DNA from: a candidate division WOR-3 bacterium
Lineage (GTDB): Bacteria > Hydrothermota > Tepidihabitantia > Tepidihabitantales > Tepidihabitantaceae
Direction of reading: 5' to 3'
Length of the DNA stretch: 64,000 nucleotides
NCBI GenBank assembly: GCA_965648905.1
Contig: CBFGIT010000005.1
Location: 68,335 to 132,334, forward strand
Positions 1 to 9,470 of this stretch are shown piece by piece. The number at the start of each line of letters is the position of its first letter. The stretch's first letter is position 1. Below the pieces are notes generated by a model. It made no database searches, had not been told where the DNA came from, and saw only the letters and a list, made by a program, of their open reading frames with translations. Both the position numbers and the translations under genes were made by a program.

Positions 1-567
1 CGTTGCTGGATGTTTGTAGGTGACTACAAGGACTCCTGCAACAAGCGCGACTGGCAGATTCCGTTCAAGGCCGAGGCCAGTGTTGCGCAGTGGATCGTCA
101 TCGAAATGAACGGTGACGGCTTCCACTGGGGTGTCAGGAAGCCCGGTGACTACGCTAGTGACTGCGTGTGGCTGAAGTTCCGCAGCAACTACGATGTCCG
201 GGTCAGTTTTTCCGGGTTTGATAATCTGATTTCCAAGACCCCGGATGACTGTATCGACGATACCATCGAGGTATGGTACGCCTTCAGCGACGATGCCAAC
301 AACCCGCCGCCGTTCGGCGACCCGGCCTGGAAGACGCCGGAAGAGCTGAACCAGTGGGCCATCGACGTGAGGGACAGCTACGACCTGCACTGGACCGGCT
401 GGCTGAAGCACATCTGGTGCCGGATTCACGTCAGCCCGTGCAATACCTCGTGTGAGTACGTCGATCCGAACTGGGCGACAATTAACCTGACGCTCCAGCG
501 CATAAAACCCTGGATCGACCCGGCAACCGGGAACTTCCGCAGCATGCCTCAGTTCCCTTACCAGTAA
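1..567 (+). CDS. Cys-rich beta-strand-rich protein, 5'-truncated by the window; candidate fibre/pilin-like subunit
   Basis: Frame is open from base 1 (RCWMFVGDY...) to TAA at 565-567; 7 Cys and many Trp; 9 nt before the next gene. Confidence 0.5.
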   Translation, partial: RCWMFVGDYKDSCNKRDWQIPFKAEASVAQWIVIEMNGDGFHWGVRKPGDYASDCVWLKFRSNYDVRVSFSGFDNLISKTPDDCIDDTIEVWYAFSDDANNPPPFGDPAWKTPEELNQWAIDVRDSYDLHWTGWLKHIWCRIHVSPCNTSCEYVDPNWATINLTLQRIKPWIDPATGNFRSMPQFPYQ

Positions 568-576
568 GGGAACAGG

Positions 577-2175
577 ATGAGCATAGCTCCCCCTGCCAGA
601 CGGCTATGCTTGTTCATCGGGGCAATCTGGACGTGCGCGCTCGGGTCGCTTTCCGTGACTCCGCAGCTCACTGAGCTGTCCCTGCCTCAAGGCGCGCGTA
701 AGCGACTCAAGTTCACGGTCGTTAACGAAGACCCGCAGAGTACCCGTACGATTCGCTACTACCCGGTGTCGTTCTGCCAGAACGAGGAGGGCGCGTACGC
801 TCTTGCACCAGAATCAGTGTCGCCTTATTCCTGCCACGAATGGTTCAGACTCGACACGGTCGAGCTGATGCTCGGGCCTGGCGAGGGGAAAGAGGTGTTT
901 GTCGAGCTGGTGGTTCCCAGCGGTGCACGCGGAACTCGATTCGGTGCGGTGGCATTCGAGATGCTGCCTGTTCCCGTGCCCGGTGCGTGGGCATCGGCCG
1001 GCCTGGTGATAAGAATGCCCGCGTTCGTCGAGGTCACTATCACCGGCACCCGGGGCAGGAAGAGCATCGAAGTGACCGACATCAAAGTTGAACCGGCCCG
1101 GGCCGTCCAACGGCAACTGCCGGTCGAAGTGAAGGAAGACGCGCTGGCCGTGGTCGTCTCTGTGCGTAACACGGGTGAGGTTTCGCTCCCGGTACGGGGC
1201 AGGCTGCTGTTTCGAGATGAATATCGGCGTCGGTACCGGGAGCTGCCGCTCGGCGCAGGTGGAGCCCTGCTGCCCGGGGCGAAGACAAGGCTGATTTCGG
1301 TCACGCCCAAGGTCAGACCGGGTAGCTACGTGGTTGAGGCCAACTTGAACATGGGAGGTGTCAGTCCGGCCAAGGCGAGTGTCCCGGTCGAAATAACGAG
1401 CACGACCAGCCGCACGGCCGGAGCCTTGAGCTCGGCCCCGGTTCTGGACTTGGCCGTCAGCACCGAGAAGATCGAACTGACTGCGCCGGCGCGGTCAACG
1501 CGCACGAACTATGTTGTCTTCCGTAATGAGAGCAACAAGGAACAGGTGCTCACGGCCGAGGTGACCTATCTGGCTTCGGATGGCAGCGGCCGTGTGATTG
1601 AGAGCGACAATCCGGGACGTCACGCTGACTGCCGGGACTGGATTACGTTCGAGAAGAACATGGTTCGCATTGCGCCCCACTCGAGCGAGGCGGTCCGGCT
1701 CACAATCAAAGTGCCGGATACGACTCCAGGCGGCAGGTACGCCTGTCTGTATTTCGAAGACTCTGCTGCCGTTCCCCAAGACAAGAAAGGTCCGCGTGCC
1801 TCGGTGTCAATACCGGTGTTCCTGACCGTGACCGGCAACTATCCACGCCGGGTCGAGATTGCTCGGGTGAACACGAGCAAGACACCGCTCGGCGTCCAGG
1901 TGAGCTTGGCAAATACCGGGGCGGTTCACGTCCGCCCTAAGGGCCGGGTTCTTGTCCGGCAGGCGATAGTCCCGGGTGCGAGCTCGGACGACAGCTACAA
2001 GAGCCTTGGTTCGTTCACGCTCGACGACGACGTGCTGGTGCTACCGGGCGATACTGTCGTACTGGCCGGGACATATCAGGGCGACGTGCGCAAGGGTCAC
2101 TACCGGCTGGACGTGAATATCGAGTGCGGGGCGGGATTGAGTCTGTTCAAGTCAGAGGAGGTGATCGTCAGATGA
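577..2175 (+). CDS. Exported chaperone-like protein with two tandem Ig-like modules (DUF916/DUF3324- or PapD/EcpB-like)
   Basis: Signal-like N-terminus; internal duplication: LSVTPQLTEL..CHEWF..GPGEGKEV..RNTGEVSLPVRG vs LAVSTEKIEL..CRDWI..APHSSEAV..ANTGAVHVRPKG. Confidence 0.6.
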   Translation: MSIAPPARRLCLFIGAIWTCALGSLSVTPQLTELSLPQGARKRLKFTVVNEDPQSTRTIRYYPVSFCQNEEGAYALAPESVSPYSCHEWFRLDTVELMLGPGEGKEVFVELVVPSGARGTRFGAVAFEMLPVPVPGAWASAGLVIRMPAFVEVTITGTRGRKSIEVTDIKVEPARAVQRQLPVEVKEDALAVVVSVRNTGEVSLPVRGRLLFRDEYRRRYRELPLGAGGALLPGAKTRLISVTPKVRPGSYVVEANLNMGGVSPAKASVPVEITSTTSRTAGALSSAPVLDLAVSTEKIELTAPARSTRTNYVVFRNESNKEQVLTAEVTYLASDGSGRVIESDNPGRHADCRDWITFEKNMVRIAPHSSEAVRLTIKVPDTTPGGRYACLYFEDSAAVPQDKKGPRASVSIPVFLTVTGNYPRRVEIARVNTSKTPLGVQVSLANTGAVHVRPKGRVLVRQAIVPGASSDDSYKSLGSFTLDDDVLVLPGDTVVLAGTYQGDVRKGHYRLDVNIECGAGLSLFKSEEVIVR

Positions 2176-3404
2176 GCCGGACAAGGATTCTGCTGGTGGT
2201 ACTTTCTGTCTTGTGCGTCGGGGTTCAAGGCCAGCAAGCCGACTCTGAAGCGAAGGTCCGGGCGGCTGAGGAGCAGCCCTCGGTTACCAACGTCTTCTTT
2301 GAGACCGACCTGGTTCAGGCACTGCACGACATCTCGAGCCAGACCCGGATACCGATTGTCACTGACGGCAGCGTTGCCGGCATGGTTTCGGTCGAGCTGG
2401 TCAATCTGCCGCTTGAGGAGGCGCTGGCCCGGCTGCTTTACCCGCTGGGGTATGCGTTCCGACGCATCGAGGACTACTATCTGGTCGGCAACGTCAATCC
2501 GGAAAGTCCGTCGTTCTACCTGCTGGCAATTACCGAGGTGCTGCGGCCGAGCTATCTCCGGGCCGAGGACGCCTACAAACTGCTGCCCGACCAGTACCGG
2601 CAGTACCTGAAGGTCAGCCCGGAGACCAACACCCTGGTGGCGGCCGCACCCCGTGGTCTTGTCGACAAAATCAAGCAGGACCTTGCCCGGATTGACAAGC
2701 CCAAACGGAAGGTGCTGATTGAGGCACTGGTGACGGAGATTTCGACTGAAGCGGCCCGCAGTCTGGGGATTGACTGGAGCGGGGTGCTGTTCCGGGGTGG
2801 CGATACGATTTTGCGGAGCAACGCCGACCTCTCCGGCATTGCCGATACCAGTCTCGGCCTGGTGCTGAAGCGCGTCACCGGCCGGCTCGGTGACTGGGGC
2901 TACGGACTGACGCCCTCAATTCAGGCGCTGGTTCGGGACGGCAAGGCCAAGATCAAGGCCAGCCCGAAGCTCGTTACCCTTGACGGCCAGGCTGCGGAAA
3001 TCGTCGTCGGCAAGGAACAGTACTACCAACTGGCGACCGGTGGCGAGCCGTACTACTACCTGCGGCTGGAGAAGATTGAGGTTGGCGTTTCGATGACTAT
3101 CACGCCCTACGTTGCCGACAACGGCGACATCACCGTAATGGCCGAGCCGGTGGTGAGCGACGTGGTCGGTTCAAGCCTGGGGCAGCTTCCGATTGTCAGC
3201 AAGCGCAAGGCAAAGACCAGGATTGTGGTCCGGGACGGCGAGAACGTGGTCATCGGCGGGCTGACCATGCGCAGCGAGCAGACAATTCAGTCGCGCATCC
3301 CGCTGCTCGGCAGCATCCCGATTATCGGGTTCCTGTTCAGCCACACGCGCAAGGTGGTCGAGGACAACGAGGTGGTGATTATCATCACCCCGCGTCTGCT
3401 CTAG
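2172..3404 (+). CDS. Secretin (PilQ/GspD-like outer-membrane channel)
   Basis: ATGA overlap with the upstream stop; signal peptide; N0-like VTNVFFETDLVQAL; KVLIEALVTEI, ASPKLVTLDGQAAEIVVG, VRDGENVVIGGL, IPLLGSIPIIGFLF, VIIITPRLL secretin motifs. Confidence 0.9.
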   Translation: MSRTRILLVVLSVLCVGVQGQQADSEAKVRAAEEQPSVTNVFFETDLVQALHDISSQTRIPIVTDGSVAGMVSVELVNLPLEEALARLLYPLGYAFRRIEDYYLVGNVNPESPSFYLLAITEVLRPSYLRAEDAYKLLPDQYRQYLKVSPETNTLVAAAPRGLVDKIKQDLARIDKPKRKVLIEALVTEISTEAARSLGIDWSGVLFRGGDTILRSNADLSGIADTSLGLVLKRVTGRLGDWGYGLTPSIQALVRDGKAKIKASPKLVTLDGQAAEIVVGKEQYYQLATGGEPYYYLRLEKIEVGVSMTITPYVADNGDITVMAEPVVSDVVGSSLGQLPIVSKRKAKTRIVVRDGENVVIGGLTMRSEQTIQSRIPLLGSIPIIGFLFSHTRKVVEDNEVVIIITPRLL

Positions 3405-3417
3405 ACCGGATTACAGC

Positions 3418-4074
3418 ATGGACACTGGCGGTGAGTCTGGGACAATGACCTCTCGGTTCGCGTTTCTCATATTGGTCGTGGGTCTGCTGGCCTCCGAGGC
3501 ATGCGCCCAGTCCAACACGCTCGTTGACCGACTCGGGGTTCAGACGATGACCTATTTCAAGCTCGGTACGTTCTGCCCGTGCGGCACGGCATTGAAAGAG
3601 GAGTTCGGGACCCGGGTGCCAATCGGCCTCGAGGCCCGGGCCGGCACGAAGTACGGCTTTGGTGCTGGTCTCTCGGTCGGGGTCTGGTGGGCTACCGCGG
3701 GCAAAGACATATCGACCTTCGTGCCGGTTGCGCTGGCCGGACACTACTCCCGGCCTCTGTTGGACGGCGCGGTCGTACCGTTTGGCGGGCTGTTCCTCGC
3801 CTACAACTCGGCTCAGCTCTACTTTGCGGCAGGCGATACGTTTGTTCGCGCCCGAGGCGCGGGTATGACCGGCGGGCTGTTGCTCGGGGTTGAGGCGCCG
3901 TTCGTGGACAAGTTCAACCTGCTGGCTGACTGCCGGTTCGGGTTTGGCCGAGGCGCAATGGAGTTCGATAGACCGGTCGGCGAGATTCCGGCCGGAACAA
4001 GCAATGTCACGTTCTCCAACACCAGCCTGAACCTGGGCATCAGCCTTGGTTTCTCAGACATCTGTCTGTGGTAG
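3418..4074 (+). CDS. Outer-membrane beta-barrel protein (OmpA/OmpW-like); start may be 3445
   Basis: Signal peptide; alternating amphipathic Gly/aromatic strands; C-terminal [10 protein letters not shown]. Confidence 0.6.
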   Translation: MDTGGESGTMTSRFAFLILVVGLLASEACAQSNTLVDRLGVQTMTYFKLGTFCPCGTALKEEFGTRVPIGLEARAGTKYGFGAGLSVGVWWATAGKDISTFVPVALAGHYSRPLLDGAVVPFGGLFLAYNSAQLYFAAGDTFVRARGAGMTGGLLLGVEAPFVDKFNLLADCRFGFGRGAMEFDRPVGEIPAGTSNVTFSNTSLNLGISLGFSDICLW

Positions 4075-4088
4075 GTGACGGCTGCGCT

Positions 4089-4652
4089 GTGTCCGGCCAG
4101 AGTCAGAGCTTGACCTGGCACTCGACGACGATCATCGGGGTGCGACGTTCAGGCCGGGTTGCGATGGCGTCAGACGGACAGGTGACGCTGGGTGAGACCG
4201 TGGTCAAGCAGTCGGCCCGCAAAATCCGCAGTCTGCGCGATGGTAGGGTTCTGGCTGGTTTTGCGGGCGCCAGTGCTGATGCTTTCACTCTGCTGGAGCG
4301 GTTTGAAGCCAAGCTCGACGAGCACCCGGGTAACATTGCCCGAGCTGTGGTCGAGCTGGCCAAAGACTGGCGTACGGACCGGGTGCTCAGGCGTCTGGAA
4401 GCGATGCTCGGAATCATGGACCGCGAGAAGTCGTACGTTGTCTCCGGTTCGGGCGACGTTATCGAGCCGGATGACGGCATCGTCGCCATCGGCTCGGGCG
4501 GTGCCTATGCGCTGGTCGCTGCGCGCTGTCTGCTCGAACACACCAGTCTACCGGCAGACAAGGTAGCCCGCGCCGCGATTGAGGCTGCGGCTGCGGTCTG
4601 CGTCTATACCAACCGCGAAATCACGGTTCAGACAATTCCGGCGCGCGGCTGA
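4089..4652 (+). CDS. hslV: ATP-dependent protease subunit HslV
   Basis: STTIIGVRR (N-terminal Thr nucleophile after processing), [32 protein letters not shown] start at 4089 inferred. Confidence 0.95.
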   Translation: MSGQSQSLTWHSTTIIGVRRSGRVAMASDGQVTLGETVVKQSARKIRSLRDGRVLAGFAGASADAFTLLERFEAKLDEHPGNIARAVVELAKDWRTDRVLRRLEAMLGIMDREKSYVVSGSGDVIEPDDGIVAIGSGGAYALVAARCLLEHTSLPADKVARAAIEAAAAVCVYTNREITVQTIPARG

Positions 4653-5532
4653 CCGCCGGGTCCCCGCCGTTTTCAGATTCGACCTTGGCAAGGTATGTTG
4701 TTGCGGCCAGACGGGCGAGGCGGCGCACCCGTGCAATGTAGTTGCGTCGTTCTGAAACACTGATTGCGCCCCGCGCCTCGAGCAGATTGAAGTAGTGCGA
4801 GCACTTGATGACGTGGTCATACCCGGGGTATACCAAGCCGAGCTTGAGCAGTCGGCCGGCTTCGGCCTCAGCCCGCTCGAAGAGAAGCCGGTGCAGGCTG
4901 ACGTCGGCTTCCTCGAAGTTGAAGCGTGAGAACTCCTCTTCGTTCTGGCGGTATACGTCTCCCCAGGTGAGCTTCTTGTTCCATTCGACGTCGAAAATCG
5001 AGTCCTTGTTCTGGATGAACATTGCTATACGTTCGAGCCCGTAGGTCAGCTCGACCGGTACTACCGCGAGGTCGATACTGCCGCACTGCTGGAAGTAGGT
5101 GAACTGGGTTATCTCGATGCCGTTCAGTTCGACCTGCCAGCCCAGGCCCCAGGCGCCGAGCGTCGGCGACTCCCAGTCATCTTCAGTGAACCGGACATCA
5201 TTCGCCTTCCGGTCGATGCCGATTGCGTCTAGGCTATCAAGGTACTGGTCCTGAACATCATCCGGCGCCGGTTTCAGGATTACTTGAAGCTGCCAGAACT
5301 GCTGGACCCGGAGCGGGTTGCGGGCATAGCGGCCGTCGCGCGGGCGCTTTGAGGGCTCGCAGTAGACCACGTTCCACGGCCTTGAGTCGAGCACTCTGAT
5401 GAAAGTCGCCGGATTGAACGTGCCGGCCCCCACTTCCGAATTGTAGGGTGACAAGACCGCACATCCCCGCTCGGCCCAGTACGACTCGAGGCGCAGGATG
5501 ATGTCCTGGAAGTAGTAGACCGGCTTGGCCAC
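4621..5532 (-). CDS. glyQ: Glycine-tRNA ligase alpha subunit
   Basis: [59 protein letters not shown] start overlaps the upstream TAG. Confidence 0.97.
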   Translation of the reverse strand: MAKPVYYFQDIILRLESYWAERGCAVLSPYNSEVGAGTFNPATFIRVLDSRPWNVVYCEPSKRPRDGRYARNPLRVQQFWQLQVILKPAPDDVQDQYLDSLDAIGIDRKANDVRFTEDDWESPTLGAWGLGWQVELNGIEITQFTYFQQCGSIDLAVVPVELTYGLERIAMFIQNKDSIFDVEWNKKLTWGDVYRQNEEEFSRFNFEEADVSLHRLLFERAEAEAGRLLKLGLVYPGYDHVIKCSHYFNLLEARGAISVSERRNYIARVRRLARLAATTYLAKVESENGGDPAVSRAPELSEP

Positions 5533-6077
5533 TACAGCCCCAGGTCCTGGGCGATTCCCTGCATTGCGGTCAGACACACGCCGATGAACTCCTCAAGGCT
5601 GAGACCGAGACTGGTGCAGGTCTGAATCTGCTCGCGATTGGCACCGGCAGCGAATTTCCGCTCCTTGAACCGACGCATGATGAACTCGGTATCAAGGCTC
5701 GCCAGCTTCCGGGTCGGGTGCATCAGGGCAGCAGCAACAATCAGTCCGGTGACCGGGTCAGCAGCGAGCAGTGCCCGGTCGAGCAGGCTCTCGGCCGGCA
5801 CCGCATGGACGTGCGCCAGTACGGCATGGACAATCTCATCATCCAGGCCCTGCCGGCGCAGAATCTCGGCTCCGGCTCGACCGTGCTGAGTCGTGTCGTC
5901 TTTGGTCTGGTCGTAGTCGAGGTCGTGCAGCAGGCCGGCCAGACCCCACTGTTCATCGTTCGCGCCCAGGCGGCGGGCCAATCCCCTAAGGCACGCCTCA
6001 GTGGCGAGCATGTGCTTGAGCAGGTTCTGGTTGGTGACCATGGAGCGAACCAGGTCCCAGGCTTCGGTGCGGTTCAA
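5532..6077 (-). CDS. HDIG/HD-domain phosphohydrolase
   Basis: [42 protein letters not shown] start after GGAG. Confidence 0.85.
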   Translation of the reverse strand: MNRTEAWDLVRSMVTNQNLLKHMLATEACLRGLARRLGANDEQWGLAGLLHDLDYDQTKDDTTQHGRAGAEILRRQGLDDEIVHAVLAHVHAVPAESLLDRALLAADPVTGLIVAAALMHPTRKLASLDTEFIMRRFKERKFAAGANREQIQTCTSLGLSLEEFIGVCLTAMQGIAQDLGL

Positions 6078-6102
6078 ACCAGTACTCCAATCATAGTGTG
6101 GG

Positions 6103-6130
6103 ATTATAGGAGCGCTGGTCCGGCTGTCAA
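6103..6130 (-). promoter_or_regulatory. Sigma70 promoter for the HD-glyQ operon
   Basis: Perfect TTGACA-N16-TATAAT on the minus strand. Confidence 0.8.
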
Positions 6131-6150
6131 CGCTGCGCATGGTCGGTTCC

Positions 6151-6178
6151 TTGACAGCGGGCACGCGGCAGGGATAAT
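6151..6178 (+). promoter_or_regulatory. Sigma70 promoter for the first cytochrome gene
   Basis: TTGACA-N16-GATAAT, divergent from the HD promoter. Confidence 0.65.
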
Positions 6179-6209
6179 CAGCCACCAAACCAGACGAAAG
6201 GGACCAACG

Positions 6210-6584
6210 TTGAATCATGTCGCGCTGTTCGCACTGTTTGCGTTCGTGATGGTCGGCTGCGGCGGAGCCCCGCAGCAGCCCAAGGCACAGGCTCCGGTCC
6301 AAGACACGTCCGCACCGGTCGTGACCGAGGTATCGTTCAGTCGGGATATTCAGCCGATCTTCTCGGCCAGTTGCATGCCGTGCCATGCTGCCGGCGGCAG
6401 GGCCGCCAAGTACGACCTGACATCCTACGACCGAGTCATGGCCGTGGTCGTTGCCGGTAAGCCTGACTCAAGCGAGCTCTACACGATTCTGGACCAGGGT
6501 AAGATGCCGCCTTCGGGCAAGCTCGACTCGGCCCGGCTTGCGACAATCAAGCAGTGGATTACGGAAGGCGCCAGAAACAACTGA
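6210..6584 (+). CDS. Monoheme cytochrome c lipoprotein (Planctomycete cytochrome C-like)
   Basis: Lipobox MVGC; SFSRDIQPIF..CMPCH..GKPDSSEL..MPP..IKQWITEGA; TTG start at 6210 inferred. Confidence 0.85.
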   Translation: MNHVALFALFAFVMVGCGGAPQQPKAQAPVQDTSAPVVTEVSFSRDIQPIFSASCMPCHAAGGRAAKYDLTSYDRVMAVVVAGKPDSSELYTILDQGKMPPSGKLDSARLATIKQWITEGARNN

Positions 6585-6596
6585 CGCCTCCCCAGC

Positions 6597-6626
6597 TTGA
6601 CAGCGGCGCGGTCACGCACTTAGAAT
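6597..6626 (+). promoter_or_regulatory. Sigma70 promoter
   Basis: TTGACA-N18-TAGAAT upstream of the SD GGAG and 6659. Confidence 0.55.
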
Positions 6627-6658
6627 CAATGGTGCCTGACCACTGAAAGGAGACGTGC

Positions 6659-7024
6659 GTGAGACTCATCCTGGTCTTTGTTGCCGTGCTGGCCATTGCC
6701 TGTCAGAAGTCTGAGCAGGTCAAGACCGACCCGTCGTTCAGGGACGACGTCCAGCCGATCTTTGATGCCAGTTGTGCTACTTCGGGCTGCCACTCAGGCG
6801 CGACCCCGAGCGGCAGCTATGACCTCACCAGTCATGCAGGCACGCTGGGTACGGGAACCGACACGATCCCGAACGTAATTGCCGGCAGTGCTGATTCGAG
6901 CAAGTGCTACCGCCGCATCACCGGTGATGAAACACCCCAGATGCCGCAGGGTGCCACACCGCTTGATAACATGAAGTCCGCGACCATCCGGAACTGGATC
7001 AACCAGGGCGCGAAGAACAACTAG
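6659..7024 (+). CDS. Second cytochrome c lipoprotein paralog, CX4CH heme motif
   Basis: Lipobox AIAC; SFRDDVQPIF..CATSGCH..MPQG..IRNWINQGAKNN. Confidence 0.8.
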   Translation: MRLILVFVAVLAIACQKSEQVKTDPSFRDDVQPIFDASCATSGCHSGATPSGSYDLTSHAGTLGTGTDTIPNVIAGSADSSKCYRRITGDETPQMPQGATPLDNMKSATIRNWINQGAKNN

Positions 7025-7858
7025 ATGATTCTGGCAGCACTCCGCCGCCGGACAGCACTCGTGTTGCTTACCGGCTTTGTGCTCGCCTTTTCCTCTTCGG
7101 GCGGGCCGCCGGACGGCAAGACCGGCCGACCAGGCGAAGGTACGTGCGCTGACTGCCATTCAGGCGGAAGTGGTACGGCCGACTCGACTGAGCTGGCCGG
7201 CTTTGCTGGTGCGGTCTACGTTCCTGACTCGACCTATCACCTGACACTCACGGCTCGGTATCGAGGTGCGACGCGCTGGGGATTTGAGCTGACCGCAGTC
7301 AACCAGAGCGGGGCCCGGGCTGGGCAGCTTACCGTGACCGACCCGACGAACACCCAGTTCTCCAATGCCGGGCCAGGCTACGTGAAGCAGACCAGTGCCG
7401 GTACGTTTCGCGGCAACCCCGGCCCGGTCTCGTGGAGTTTTGACTGGCGCGCTCCGTCGGCGGGCACCGGCCCGGTCAGGTTCTACTGGACTTACAATGC
7501 GACCAACAACAACGGCAGCACGACCGGCGACATTCCCGGACAAGACAGCATGCTCGTGACCGAGTCGTCGAGCATTGTGGCTGAACCGGAACGACCCGAC
7601 CGTCTGTTTGTGCGTTACCAGAACCCGGCCCGTGAGCGCATCGTGCTTGAGTACCAGGGCCGGGCTCGTGAGCCGGTTCGCATCTACTCGACCGAAGGCA
7701 GGCTTGTGCGCCGGCTCAACCCGACTCAGGTCGGAGACATGCTACAGGCGGTCTGGGATGGCCGCGACCGTTCTGGTGAGTTTGTTCCTGCGGCCAGCTA
7801 CGTCATCCGCTTCGGGCGAGAGCTCAAGTCGGTAGTACGGGTCGAGGTTGTCCGCTGA
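7025..7858 (+). CDS. Exported Reeler-like domain protein with CxxCH and a FlgD/T9SS-like C-terminal domain
   Basis: FSSSGGPP..GRPGEGTCADCH; WGFELTA; WSFDWRAP; C-terminal IYSTEGRLVRRL..WDGRDRSGEFV..SYVIR. Confidence 0.75.
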   Translation: MILAALRRRTALVLLTGFVLAFSSSGGPPDGKTGRPGEGTCADCHSGGSGTADSTELAGFAGAVYVPDSTYHLTLTARYRGATRWGFELTAVNQSGARAGQLTVTDPTNTQFSNAGPGYVKQTSAGTFRGNPGPVSWSFDWRAPSAGTGPVRFYWTYNATNNNGSTTGDIPGQDSMLVTESSSIVAEPERPDRLFVRYQNPARERIVLEYQGRAREPVRIYSTEGRLVRRLNPTQVGDMLQAVWDGRDRSGEFVPAASYVIRFGRELKSVVRVEVVR

Positions 7859-7896
7859 CACTTTTCCGGCCCGAGTTTAGCTAGAAGGAGTCCTGC

Positions 7897-8604
7897 ATGG
7901 CCATCCTGTTCTTACTCCTCGCCTTTCCCGGCGCACGCATCGCCAATCTGCCGACCGGACCGGTTATCGACAACGGCACCTGGCTACTCAGTATCTCTCA
8001 CCGGTTTCTGTCGGCTGAAGACAACAGCCGACTTGGCAACCCACTGAACTTTCTCAAGGACGCCAATGTCAGGTTCGCCGCAGAACGCGGATTCGGCTCT
8101 GGCCTGGCCCTAGGCCTGAGCTACACCAACTACAACTACGAACTCGGAGCCAGCGCGCAGTGGGCACCGATTAGTCTGGTCACGGGATACTGCGGAGTCG
8201 GCACCAACCTGATTGAACGCAAGCTGAGTAACACCTGGCTGAACGCGGCAGTTGCCGGCCATCTCGCGCCGGTCAGTCGACTGCATCTTGTTCTGCTGCC
8301 GCGCCTGACGACCAACACCGAGGACTGGTTTCTGTCGTGTGGACTTGGGGCCAAGGCCGACCTGCCGGCAGACCTATCAGTCGGCATCGAGACCGAACCG
8401 GTCATTCTCGGCCCGGAGCCGCAGTCAGGTTCGCGCCTGCTGGCCTGGAACCTTGCGGTTGACAAGGAACTCGGCTGGCACAACTTCACCCTGGTTGTGG
8501 GCAATAGCTGGCACCAGTCCATGCCCGGCTGGTTTGCTCTGGCCAACCGCGATATCTTCAAGGGCGTTTTCCGGGTCGGGTTCAATATCCTAAGAAAGCT
8601 CTAG
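7897..8604 (+). CDS. DUF5777-like outer-membrane beta-barrel
   Basis: ANLPT, LSISHRF, GWHNFTLVVGN, FRVGFNILRKL match my recollection of the DUF5777 pattern. Confidence 0.65.
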   Translation: MAILFLLLAFPGARIANLPTGPVIDNGTWLLSISHRFLSAEDNSRLGNPLNFLKDANVRFAAERGFGSGLALGLSYTNYNYELGASAQWAPISLVTGYCGVGTNLIERKLSNTWLNAAVAGHLAPVSRLHLVLLPRLTTNTEDWFLSCGLGAKADLPADLSVGIETEPVILGPEPQSGSRLLAWNLAVDKELGWHNFTLVVGNSWHQSMPGWFALANRDIFKGVFRVGFNILRKL

Positions 8605-8619
8605 ACGCGAGGAGAGTAC

Positions 8620-9042
8620 TTGAAGTACGAAGCTCAGGTTCGCTGGGCCGGCAGGATGACATTCATCGGCCGGGCCGGCTCGAATCACATCGTGCCGATG
8701 GACTCCGGGCCTGATTTCGGCGGCGACAGCTCGGCGACCAAGCCGATGGAACTGCTGCTCGTGGGCCTGGGTGGGTGCACGGGCATGGATGTCGTATCGC
8801 TCCTGAAGAAGATGCGGGTGGACTTCACCGGCGTTGAAATGAACATCACTGCGGACCGGGCTGAAGAACACCCGGCAGTCTACACCAGAATCGACATCGA
8901 ATACGTTGTAACCGGACACGATATCGATGCCGAGAAGGTCAAGCGAGCGGTCGAACTGTCGCAGCAAAGATACTGCGGCGTGTCGGCCATGCTCAGAAAA
9001 GCCTGCCCGGTCAACTACACTTTCCGCATCGTTCAGGTCTAG
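8620..9042 (+). CDS. OsmC/Ohr (YhfA-like) family protein
   Basis: PMELLLVGLGGCTGMDV ... AVELSQQRYCGV. Confidence 0.9.
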   Translation: MKYEAQVRWAGRMTFIGRAGSNHIVPMDSGPDFGGDSSATKPMELLLVGLGGCTGMDVVSLLKKMRVDFTGVEMNITADRAEEHPAVYTRIDIEYVVTGHDIDAEKVKRAVELSQQRYCGVSAMLRKACPVNYTFRIVQV

Positions 9043-9470
9043 CCGCAGTCCTGTTCGGCTGGACAGCGACCAGCCGACCTGGCAACAGCAAGAAAGGCCT
9101 GGTAGAAGCCGTACAGGGCCGAGGCCAGACCAAGCACAGTCACAGCAAGAAGGAGCATCCTTGCGTCACCAGCCAGACGGGACACGCCCTGAAAGGCACG
9201 GACGAATGCGTAGCCGGTCGCAAGCAGACCCAGGCCGGTCATGACCAGAGCGAGTGTCCGGGAACCGACGCGGACCGGTCGGCGTCGTGCCAGGGACCGA
9301 AAGGCGCAACCGAATCCGTAGAGTGTGGAACAGAGTCCGGCCGCGGTGAAAAGCAGGGCAATCGGGCCGGCCCGAAAGCGGACGATGGCCCAGACAGCAA
9401 CCGCAAACCCAAACAGGCTTACAGCCAGACCGGTGCTGACAAGAAGCGACGATAACCTGGACCTAGCCAC
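9039..9470 (-). CDS. Small membrane protein (about 4 TM)
   Basis: Four hydrophobic segments; start overlaps the ferredoxin gene stop. Confidence 0.55.
   Translation of the reverse strand: MARSRLSSLLVSTGLAVSLFGFAVAVWAIVRFRAGPIALLFTAAGLCSTLYGFGCAFRSLARRRPVRVGSRTLALVMTGLGLLATGYAFVRAFQGVSRLAGDARMLLLAVTVLGLASALYGFYQAFLAVARSAGRCPAEQDCG

Noticed and set aside
5718..6386. Long overlapping N-terminal extensions of the HD and cytochrome ORFs
   Set aside because: Divergent promoters and SD sites at 6080-6210 support the shorter starts 6077 and 6210.
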